This document shows positions 1 through 11,200 of a stretch of 64,000 nucleotides of DNA, in pieces; positions within the stretch are counted from its first letter, which is position 1; each line of letters starts with the position of its first letter. Source of the stretch: Klebsormidium nitens (lineage: Eukaryota > Plantae > Klebsormidiophyceae). The stretch covers positions 248,001 through 312,000 of the forward strand of contig DF236958.1 of assembly GCA_000708835.1 (NCBI GenBank), in the 5' to 3' direction. The notes beneath the pieces were generated by a model, which had not been told where the DNA came from, made no database searches, and saw nothing but the letters and a program-made list of their open reading frames with translations. Both the position numbers and the translations under genes were made by a program.

Positions 1-1005
1 GCTTTGAGCACTCAGCCGGTTCTGCTGGCGTCCTCAGGAACATGTTTGATTCAGATTTCTTGATCTTAACCCAGCCCTTCATTATCCAGCAAGAATGTCG
101 TCCACCTGATACATAGCCTGCAAACCCTAATGACTCTTCTTGTTCTACACAAATCTGCCCGTCAAGTTCCCTGACCGTAATGTGCTTCGGATGCCACCTG
201 TCAACAAACACGTCCTTTGAAGTAGTCTTTTAGATCTGAGGTCCTGCCAAAGCAACTTATGTGTGACTGTTTTTCCAACAGAGGAGAGTCAGGCTCCAAG
301 ATTTCCTCTCCTATCAATGTACACTGGGTTAGAGTCAGCCCACTTGCCCGACACATCTAAAGACAAATGATCACCAACACTAACTTACCTGGTCCGACAA
401 CCAAGCGAGGCCTGCTTTCATACTTTCAAGCTCTGCTTCCTCAAAGTGCTGTAGCTCCGAGCCCAGGCTCTCCACAAAACCAAGCTGCATCTCTGTCGCA
501 GGCTGCTCTACATCTGCCCGGTGTTCAACGCCCACCTTGTGGCTGTGCATTGTTTGAGAAACCTCTGCTGCATCAACCGTTCTGAGCACTTGCGCCATGG
601 CGCAAAATGCTCGGTCACTGTTCAAAGTTGTCGTTGGTCAACCTTCGCAAGCCCCCAATGCACGGCGCGTTGGAAGAAAGACGTCCCTGCTGTCTGATTT
701 GGACACAGCAAGGCAAATGGAACTTGGAACCCCTGCTCCTCAGTTTCTTGTCGTTGGGAGCAGGCTTGCGACAGCAATATTGAAAGCAATTCCAGTGGCA
801 AAACGCCGAGGCAAGAAACGAGGGGAGTGCAGAGCCTGGGCATTCGGAGCAGAGGCCTTGGTTCGTGACGTGCCACCTGTCGTTCACCCAAGATGCCCGC
901 TTGGATGTCAGCTGGCGTGCTTGCTGCCCCTCGATGCATCCCCTGGAAGGGGCATCGCTGCTTCCCGTGCCGACGTGTGGCAGTCCCATTGAGCACCGGG
1001 GGGCC

Positions 1006-1310
1006 NNNNNNNNNNNNNNNNNNNNNNNNNNNNNNNNNNNNNNNNNNNNNNNNNNNNNNNNNNNNNNNNNNNNNNNNNNNNNNNNNNNNNNNNNNNNNNN
1101 NNNNNNNNNNNNNNNNNNNNNNNNNNNNNNNNNNNNNNNNNNNNNNNNNNNNNNNNNNNNNNNNNNNNNNNNNNNNNNNNNNNNNNNNNNNNNNNNNNNN
1201 NNNNNNNNNNNNNNNNNNNNNNNNNNNNNNNNNNNNNNNNNNNNNNNNNNNNNNNNNNNNNNNNNNNNNNNNNNNNNNNNNNNNNNNNNNNNNNNNNNNN
1301 NNNNNNNNNN
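1006..1310. other. Assembly gap (N run) flanked by GC-rich hairpin-forming sequence
   Basis: 305 N; the right flank begins ggggggcggcagcccccccg. Confidence 0.95.
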
Positions 1311-1455
1311 GGGGGGCGGCAGCCCCCCCGCTCTCGGGCTTTTCCGAAATGGGCATCGCCCCGGGGGCTGTCCCCGGGGGAAAGTCTTGCGCTTGAATGC
1401 TTTATATTTTGCGTCTGGAAACGAGATCCCACCAACCGGAAGCTTCCGGAAGGGT

Positions 1456-1566
1456 GGGGATTTGGTCTAGTGGTATGATTCTTCCTTAGGGTTGACGTCA
1501 GCACGACGTCTCAGGTACTTCCACCTAACTTGGAAGAGGTCCCGAGTTCGATTCTCGGAATCCCCC
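1456..1566 (+). tRNA. tRNA-Pro: tRNA-Pro(AGG) with a 39-nt intron (1492-1530)
   Basis: Acceptor stem GGGGATT/AATCCCC. D-arm TGGTCTAGTGGTATGA typical of tRNA-Pro. Anticodon stem CTTCC/GGAAG, anticodon AGG at 1488-1490. Intron lies after position 37 and its CCTAA (1524-1528) pairs with TTAGG of the anticodon loop. T-arm CCGAG-TTCGATT-CTCGG. Oligo-T terminator at 1568-1572. Confidence 0.95.
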
Positions 1567-3640
1567 CTTTTTCTTGCGCAGGAAGCGATAGAGCCTAGAG
1601 GCCGTCAGACAATCAATGGTTTTGACGACGCTTTTCTTTTCTCTCGAGCTTCCTTTTGCCGCCTTCAACACTACTGCAAGAGCTAATTTGGACCGCCCAT
1701 CTCCTCCAAGACTCGAGAAAACGGGGGGCTTCGCCCCCCGTACCCCCAAGCTGACCACCACGGGATCACCACGCCATGACCAATGGGTTACCAATCGAAT
1801 CTGCACACTTCGACTCCATCAAATGATCAGATGAACTATATATAAGACTTTCCAATCGACACACTCACGAGCCCGATGTTGGTCCTTTCCTCCCAGGCTC
1901 ATGTTCCGATGTTCCGATGAATCTACAAAACAATAAAAGCGTATCGGCGTCGGTTGCGGGGGGCCCACTATAGGAAAACTTCATGGGTGGTACCTTTTAA
2001 CTCTTTGGCATTTTTTTACCTTTCTCGCTTCTCTGAACCTCTTCCTATAAGATACTTTGAACGCATCAGCTAAGTTACTTTCAAGCCTTCTCGAATCGCC
2101 ATCAAATGAATCAAACTTAGAATGTGTAACGCCGTCATACTAATCGGTCCGGAGATTTTTTCAAAAAACATCAATTATCAATAGTGGTACCCGCTCCTTC
2201 TCAGCCAAGGAGCTCCTTGTCTTTCTGAAGTTCGGACCTTTTCTTACACTGCTGTAAGCTACTTTGAATTGCCCCACATGTTTTGAGAGTCACAGTGGCG
2301 GCCATACAACAGCTGAATAGCAGCTTCAAAGAGTCTATCAATATGTTTAGGCACGCCACAAATATACTAAGATCATTCCCGGTTGCATAAGCATCGTACT
2401 TTTTGTGATTATCTTTTAAAGTTGCACGGACCCCGCGCGGACTCGGAATCATATAAAAGCTTATAGTAGTAGCAAGCCGAACCATGTCGCAATCAATTTG
2501 AACAAGCTACGCTCATAATACTTGTAGTCTTTGCTTGAACTTGCCCGCTGCCAAACTTCCCGACTAGTCTCCGACTTCGGCCTAACAATGGCAGAGACGG
2601 TCAACAAGGGCCGTGCCCTACATGATTCGATCAACGATTCATTCAAATTGGTTGATTGGAATAGTACAATCATATGGTTGGACTTGAGCTTGCCTTACAT
2701 GTTGCTTCATGTTTGGTAATGGGCCCGAACATTAAAAGGGACGGCCATGACTTCGCAACTACATTGCACTCGACACGCGCTCGGCATCATGTCAACTTTG
2801 ATGTCAAGTGACATGGTGTCAGTTAGGGCGTTGCGGAACCCAGTAGTTCCTGCCCATGCAGTCCCTAGAAAAGTAACAGTCGGGCTGATTCGTGCAATCT
2901 TGCTGCATTGCAACTTGGTGAGCCGAGTCGAAGCGGCAGTCACGCTCAGCCAATTGCGGTAATCAACACGTCTGACGCTAGCACAAGAGTCTGTTAAAAA
3001 GGTAGCGCCCTTTCCACAAATAGATAAGCACGAACTAAGGTTATCTATGGCACTTGGTAACAAACTTAGACAGAATTCAGCTAGCACACCAATGCAAGAC
3101 GGACACTTGAACTACTTGATCTATCAAATCGCCAAAGATTGCAAAAGAAGTCAGAAAACCGTCAGTCGGGCATAACGGTGAGTCAAGTCACCGAGTTAGT
3201 CATCTTGCCTGGGGCACACACGCCTACGGAGCTTTACAAGCAAGCAACATCTTATGAGCACCTTAGCAAAGGCCCAGGGAATCAAAGGGCAAGCTGGCAC
3301 GTTCATTTCAGAACGAGCAAACTAAGATTGAGAGATGCCTCGTGGCCGGCGGGTTTCCGCAACCACCTGCAAACTTCATTTGGCTTGATGTCCTTGTGGG
3401 ATTTACTTGAGTGCGAGCCGATCTAGCCGAAGTGTTCCGGATTCTGCAAAGAGGTGGAGCATATTTGACTCCGAGCTGAGCGTGAGCTGAGCATGCTGGG
3501 ATGTGGCTGGGACTCTATCCAAAATAAATGAAACAGTGCTTAACATGACATAGGCAGCACGGCAGACGACAGCTTTTCGTTTGCTCAACAGCTGAACTGG
3601 AAAGTTTCAATCTACCCAATGCTGCGTCTGGGCGTTCGCA

Positions 3641-4310
3641 NNNNNNNNNNNNNNNNNNNNNNNNNNNNNNNNNNNNNNNNNNNNNNNNNNNNNNNNNNNN
3701 NNNNNNNNNNNNNNNNNNNNNNNNNNNNNNNNNNNNNNNNNNNNNNNNNNNNNNNNNNNNNNNNNNNNNNNNNNNNNNNNNNNNNNNNNNNNNNNNNNNN
3801 NNNNNNNNNNNNNNNNNNNNNNNNNNNNNNNNNNNNNNNNNNNNNNNNNNNNNNNNNNNNNNNNNNNNNNNNNNNNNNNNNNNNNNNNNNNNNNNNNNNN
3901 NNNNNNNNNNNNNNNNNNNNNNNNNNNNNNNNNNNNNNNNNNNNNNNNNNNNNNNNNNNNNNNNNNNNNNNNNNNNNNNNNNNNNNNNNNNNNNNNNNNN
4001 NNNNNNNNNNNNNNNNNNNNNNNNNNNNNNNNNNNNNNNNNNNNNNNNNNNNNNNNNNNNNNNNNNNNNNNNNNNNNNNNNNNNNNNNNNNNNNNNNNNN
4101 NNNNNNNNNNNNNNNNNNNNNNNNNNNNNNNNNNNNNNNNNNNNNNNNNNNNNNNNNNNNNNNNNNNNNNNNNNNNNNNNNNNNNNNNNNNNNNNNNNNN
4201 NNNNNNNNNNNNNNNNNNNNNNNNNNNNNNNNNNNNNNNNNNNNNNNNNNNNNNNNNNNNNNNNNNNNNNNNNNNNNNNNNNNNNNNNNNNNNNNNNNNN
4301 NNNNNNNNNA
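3641..4310. other. Assembly gap (N run)
   Basis: 670 N. Confidence 0.95.
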
Positions 4311-5146
4311 AGATACTACATCAACACTTCAACGTCCCCGAAGCGGCTCGTATTAGTACTCCAAGAGCACATGTTGGGATCGAGCTAGCGCGGGACTGCA
4401 CTGAGCAGTAGGTCGGACTTTCACAAGCCTACAGCGTGCCTTGACAGCGGCTCGATATCTCCAAGCACTGCCCCTGTACATATCCATCAATTGGACTTGA
4501 GTGAATCATGGGGAGGCTCTCAAGCATTTGACACCGTTTGTGTTGAACTTGCGTGAATGTAATAAGATTTCGACTCTTGATGTCTTTTTGTTTTCAGAAG
4601 CGGAAAAGTACTAGCGAGCCTGTCCAATCAGAATGATCCTACCTGACCAAGTTGCACTGAATGCAAGAACTCAGTGGCGAGGAATGATACAAGCGGCGCC
4701 GCAGGCACGCGTTCTTGACAGCAAAGAGCCATTCGTGTCAGAAGATTTGGCATCTAATTTCTTACTTTCTCAGGCTTTACTTCTGACATGGGATTTGAGA
4801 ATGTTAAGGACAAGCAAGGGCTCAGGAAGACATCAATAAGATTTCGCCCAGTATGAAGACCTTTATACGCAACACTTCGACCTGCAGCGCAAACTCGAGG
4901 GATGTCAACTTCTGACTGATTTTCGTTCAAGGGCGGGACGGGACTGACTCGCCAAGTTGACACTTGAGTCCCTCCTGCGAATCTGGGGCCTAGTGCCATT
5001 TTTTTGCATACAAGACATGGCAGCTCTACATGTGCACCCAAAATACTAGCACCTTGTGCATGGCGTTTTGTCTCGGCAATTTGCAGCAGATTGGAAACCG
5101 TCTGCGTGGCAATTAGCGCAAAGTCCCACCAACGCGGGGTGCCATC

Positions 5147-6600
5147 CACTATGAGAAGCGAAAATGCTATTGTACACCTATTTTCTGCCTATTTGCATGG
5201 TTTTTGCCCAACCGGTGGCTGTTAGCGACTAGTTTTTACAGCCAAAAAATAGTTCCGACCAGCTTATGCCTAGCGTTGGCTGGCATTAATAGACATTTCC
5301 CGGCCGCATCCTCGAACTCCGGCCGGGACTGGCTATCGATGCCCAATCTTGGCTGGTTTCCCCCGGGCCGTGGCTAAGCAGGGCTATGCGGCGGCTAGTA
5401 TCTATTAATAGCCATTGGATTGGTCTATCATTTGGCCAGTAAATTGCTAATATATCTTGTTCAGTCATCACAGACAAATCTTAGGCACCGGCGTTTTGGA
5501 ACCGGGTGTCTATCATGCCTAGTTTCAGATAACTGTGGCTATTCCGGCCGATCATAGCCATCGTCGGTAGGCTCATGCCCATTGTTGTTGCGATAGCCAC
5601 GCGCACATATACAAAATGGCTATCAATGCCACTGTCTATTAGACAAATACTGGTCAAGGTCGCGGCCTGCTTGTACCGGCCGCATCTACACCCAATTTTG
5701 GCGTAGAGTGGCGCCCCGGTGATCGGCGGGACCATGGCCAGTATCACCATCCTAGCCTTGAACTGGGACCTGGTATTCGCCGGGCACTTGCAGACTCAGG
5801 CATAAACTAAGAAGTGACGCCCGGTGATCATATTCGGGACTTGGCGAAATTTTGAGAATGTTGGAGTCCAAATTTGACAGAAAGACCAACCAGCGATCCT
5901 ACCGAGCCACTTATCGCCCCACAAAAGTGCACGGGTGGTGTATCTCCGAGGACTTTCAGGGGCGTGGACTGGCGTGGGTGTGCGGTTCCTAAGCTCAGCC
6001 TCACTAGGTAGGTACCGGACAACAACAGTTCACCGGGCATGTGTTTGCTTGTGTTCACTAGCAAACGTGTGCCCGGTAGGTAAATGTTCAGTTATAGGTT
6101 TTAGCAAGTCGGAATATGTTGGTGAGTTCGCGTAACCTGTCTGGCTAAGTTGCCAAGTCTATGCTGATGTAATGCTGACGTCATGCCTATGTCTATAACC
6201 TGGGTTTGATTCTTCGATGTTGCGCACTTCTTTGACAAATTTGAGGTATTAGGCAAGATTAGCCATATATAGCCGTCGAATAGCGACCAGATTGGGAGTT
6301 CCGGGTTAGCATAACATAGCCAAAGGTTGGCGAAAGGATGAATAGCCAGGTTAGCCAACCCTGGCTAGTTTATGCTAGCCTTGGCTATCAATTATGGCTA
6401 GTCGGACTACTAGCTGAAACGTGGCCAAGATTGGCCAAGAGTAGACATGCGAATTTACCAGGCAAAATGCTGGTCATATAGGCAAACGATAGTCAGGGTA
6501 TGGCTAGTGTCGTGCTAATATTGGCCAATATTGGCCTACTATTCGCCTAATTTGTGACAAACCGGCTAGCTGAAAAATAGCCAAGTTGCTTCTCATAGTG
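5147..6600. mobile_element. Non-autonomous CACTA (En/Spm) DNA transposon, 1454 bp
   Basis: Perfect 13-bp TIR: CACTATGAGAAGC (5147-5159) and GCTTCTCATAGTG (6588-6600). 3-bp TSD ATC at 5144-5146 and 6601-6603. Roughly 20 subterminal TAGCCA/TGGCTA-type motifs near both ends. No transposase ORF. Confidence 0.92.
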
Positions 6601-8211
6601 ATCGACAGATCATCAGAAGCACATTTGAAGTACACTGGAAGTAATCTACGATAATATTTGAGCACTGCGGCCACACAGCTGAACAAAGAATTAGACCTAG
6701 GTTGGCAAGAAGGAGTTTACCGATTCAGTTCATGTCCGATTCCCTTGGCCTATTTGGTCGGTGCTTACTGGCCACGCGCGCCACCTTGAGTATCTCGATC
6801 CTGTGACTGCTGAAGTTTTGACTATGGCGGAGCTTAGTCTTCGAAGAAACAAATTAGTTGAGCAGCTCAAAGGAGAAGGCCCCAAAGACAGGCAGCTCGG
6901 CATTTCACCAACGACTGAGTGTTTGATGTACTCAATCAAACAGTTTGCTGTTTGCCAGCAAGTTCCTAGCAGGTTGGAACGTTGATCACTGACCTGCAGC
7001 ATCTAACCAAACCTGATCCAAAGTCACATGAAAGTCTCACCTTCAACTCAATCAGGCCTTGAACCAGCTTTAGAGGCTGCCCGACAGCCAGAAGTCGAGT
7101 CTCCAAATGCTTTGCTTTCCTGAGCACCGCAATCAGCACTACATAAGTACCAGGCAGCAGGCTGGACCCATTTCTAGAGGCCTGATTATTCAAGCCTTTG
7201 ATGACCCAGCCGCTTCCCCAATTCGGATGTTTTTGAAAAGTTCCTTGAAAGAACAATACTACAGAAAGACAGAGATCAATGCCCCGATAAATGCGGTCCG
7301 TCTCACAGCAATTCATGCCGCATTATTGGACTTGATTGACGCCTCACATAGCGCTAGTGCAGGCGCTCGGGGGGCGCTGGCAGGAGACCGGCAGCCCCTA
7401 ACTGGGCCCATGCACTTTCTCACCGGCCCAGCTCACCGAGGTATCAGAGGTAGCTTTCTGAGTGCAGACGCAAGACTTATAATGAGGCACCCCGTTCCAG
7501 CGGAGCAATGACCTCCAGCAAACCTTCATGGCCTGCGAATTGTCCAGGCCCGCACTTTGCCCGCACTTTGATGCTTAGGGCCTGTCAAAACTCACAGTTG
7601 GCAAACTTCAGCGCTCGGACAGAGCTGTTTGGGAGCTGTTTCTGTGAAGATGCAACAGAATGCCGCTCAGGCTCTTCTTGAGCAAGTTACCTAGGGCTGA
7701 ACGCGTAAAACAGAAGCTGCACAACTACGGTAGGTGAGAAGCGCAGTCTGTATAACCAGGATGATCCCCCAGGTTTAAGCCAGCAGAAGGGGTACCGATA
7801 ACGGCGACCATAACCTGCCGTACCTCGGGTCCAAGAACTGCAAACGCCCAGCGCCCGCCGAAGCCGTCAGTGATAACGGGGGCATGTATCTTGCAAGCGC
7901 CGTGCCTAGTTATTTGAAAGGGTGAATTGCTGGCAGAAACATCAAACTTTACGTTTTAGTTTAAAGCCTTCATGTGCAGCTGATCAGTGAAGAATCTTTT
8001 CGGTGGGAGTTGGTTTCCGCAGCTGCTTTCGACTTGACAGCTGCAGCAAGGGCAAGGCAACTTTGGGATGCAGAGGGTCATTTTAGAATATAGCTATTCG
8101 GTTGGTGTACGGCGTTCTTTTTCTCAGGTTCTGCTGGACATCTTTGTCCTCAGCCCTTCGTGTGAACCTCAGCAAGGAGCATTGACAATGTGCATTTGAA
8201 CGATTACAGAG

Positions 8212-11200
8212 ATGCCGCTGGCCGCTGCGCGTCATGCCGACATGCTCCCAACATATGCTACTCTCGATCAGCAGTCCCCATTTCGGGGTCGCAAGGCTGT
8301 GCGCCGGCCGCTCTTTGGTTCCAAGCGGAGCGCCTCCCCGTCATGGCTGCAGCGCGGCGGCCTCCTTCTTCTAGCCCTCGTCCTCTTTCTATCCCTCCTA
8401 GGTCTCATCAGCGTATTCACCTCCCAATCTTCCCAACATGTTTCCCCATCGTTCTCTGCCAAACGGGCACCAATCAGTCTCCGCAGAAGCCTTCTCCATG
8501 AGGCAGTCTATGCCACCAATTTCACATTGACACTATTCACGGCTCCCCGTGAGTTTTCTGGTGTTATGGGAGAAAAGCAGCGGTCTGCATTGGTGTCATG
8601 GCTGGGGTTAAGACCGCAGCCCCTGGTGGTGCTACTGGGGGCGGACCCGGAGCTGGGGGAAGTGGCGGAGGAGTATGCGCCGGCGGTCGTGTGGGACAAC
8701 CGGACGGACACCAACTTTCTGGGTCTGCCGCTCTTCCATAGGTGAGCGCCCTGCTTTGAAAGCGCCTCCCATGGGGTCCATTGTGTGACCAGGGGATCAG
8801 AAAGGCAGTTTAGCAGAACTGACGGAACGTACAATCATAGCGTAACAGCTTCTGTCTTCGGCACTGCAAGAAAGCTTCTAGCTGTTTGGCACTTCCTGCC
8901 CATGTCTAAGTATCCCTTTCATCAAGCTGGACATCAGGTCCCATTGTGTCGCTCAAGATGTAAAGATACAAGTAACACATAGTCAATCCCGTTAAGTGAT
9001 TATCAAAGTGCAACGCAAGCTCTTTGAAACACATGCGCACGTTCAAGAAACATCCCGTAGGATTCTGGCGGCCTGGGTTTCCCTCTTCCCAATAGATTCA
9101 CAAGTAATCCTGAACTAACAACGAGCTGCTTGGAATCCGCAGCATGCTGCTGCGCGCCCGTGCCGCCACCACCGACATCGCGGCTGTCATCGAGCCTGAC
9201 ACCATCCTCCTCCCCGACTTCTCGGCCGCACTGGCGAAAGCCCGCGCGGTGTCAGGGCAGGACTGGCTCATGTCAGCCCGGCGGCGAGAGGTCCACAACT
9301 TCCCGTTTCGGGTGGAGGAACTTTTCCAAGAAGACGGCTCGGAGCTTGATTCTGAATCCGACGGAGACAGGAGGGCGCAAGAAGATATAAGGAGGAGATT
9401 CCAGTGGGTGGATCCGGAAAAGTTTGACGTGGAAGTGGAGCATCTTTGGGCGCTGGAGTTGATGGACGGAAGTGAGGGGGAGGAAGATAGGTACAAGATG
9501 GGGGCGCAGGGCATGCGAGAGTTCGTTCACGAGCGGGGGTCGCTGCACAGGTGCCATGAGGTGGCCGTGTGGGCCTGGGACACTGGAGAGACGCCTTTGC
9601 ACAGGTAAGGGGATCAGCTGACTCCAGAAAGAGCTTCCGATTGTCGGAGTCTGTGAATCAAGATTTTGGGGGAAATGTTTACTGGGCCTTCACAGCAGAA
9701 AACTGTCTGAGTGACCGAACGGGGTTCTTGCTGCGAAGGTAAAGTGAGGGGGCTTTTCTGTTGTTCAAAAGGGCGGGAAGTGCATCTGAATCATGATGCG
9801 AGACCCAAGCCATGCCACATTGAGAATCTTATGAAGCAGGCATGTAAGACTGCTTCCGCACCCTTGTTGAGAAATTATCCTCGAAAGGGCTTCGCTCGGG
9901 TCAACATCTGAAGGCACACCGTTCAGAGAACGTCCTTTTCATGACAGAAACCGACAAGATCGTGATATATCGTTTCTTCTGTTGCTCCACTACAGAAGAC
10001 GATAAACGAAAGTAAGGAAAGACGAAAAGGAGTCCTTTCAGAAACAATCATCGAAAGAATGGACCCTTTTGTCTTACGTTTGTATCCATTCCTTCTCGAA
10101 GCCAAGTCCAAGATGTTCGAAAGCTGATTAAAGCACTTCTCTCTCCTCTGCAGCGGCATCATGCCTCCCTTTCTGTACACGCGGGGCGCTTACGACGAGT
10201 GGCTCCTGCACGAGGCTGTATCCGACGGCCAGCGTCAAGTCATCGACGCCAGCCACGCGATCTCAGCCGTCCGTGTGCTCGGAAGCGTGGCCAACCTGCA
10301 GCCGTACCTGGGGCAGACACGTGTCCACTCTCAGAACGGCGAGTACCGAGACACGCGGACGCCCGTCCAAAAGGCCGGGGGCCATTTCGGGGCGCATAGC
10401 CAGGGGCGCGCGGAGCATAAGCTATGGAAGGCGGGGCCGAAGGGGGTCGGATGGGAGGTCGCGCTGAACCGCCACCTGGCGCANNNNNNNNNNNNNNNNN
10501 NNNNNNNNNNNNNNNNNNNNNNNNNNNNNNNNNNNNNNNNNNNNNNNNNNNNNNNNNNNNNNNNNNNNNNNNNNNNNNNNNNNNNNNNNNNNNNNNNNNN
10601 NNNNNNNNNNNNNNNNNNNNNNNNNNNNNNNNNNNNNNNNNNNNNNNNNNNNNNNNNNNNNNNNNNNNNNNNNNNNNNNNNNNNNNNNNNNNNNNNNNNN
10701 NNNNNNNNNNNNNNNNNNNNNNNNNNNNNNNNNNNNNNNNNNNNNNNNNNNNNNNNNNNNNNNNNNNNNNNNNNNNNNNNNNNNNNNNNNNNNNNNNNNN
10801 NNNNNNNNNNNNNNNNNNNNNNNNNNNNNNNNNNNNNNNNNNNNNNNNNNNNNNNNNNNNNNNNNNNNNNNNNNNNNNNNNNNNNNNNNNNNNNNNNNNN
10901 NNNNNNNNNNNNNNNNNNNNNNNNNNNNNNNNNNNNNNNNNNNNNNNNNNNNNNNNNNNNNNNNNNNNNNNNNNNNNNNNNNNNNNNNNNNNNNNNNNNN
11001 NNNNNNNNNNNNNNNNNNNNNNNNNNNNNNNNNNNNNNNNNNNNNNNNNNNNNNNNNNNNNNNNNNNNNNNNNNNNNNNNNTCGGATGGGAGGTCGCGCT
11101 GAACCGCCACCTGGCGCAATCTTACGGGACGTTTGGGAGCGGGGCTGCGCACCGGGAGGCGCCTTGGCGGCTGGGGCCGTGCAAAGGGGGGGGCGGGGAG

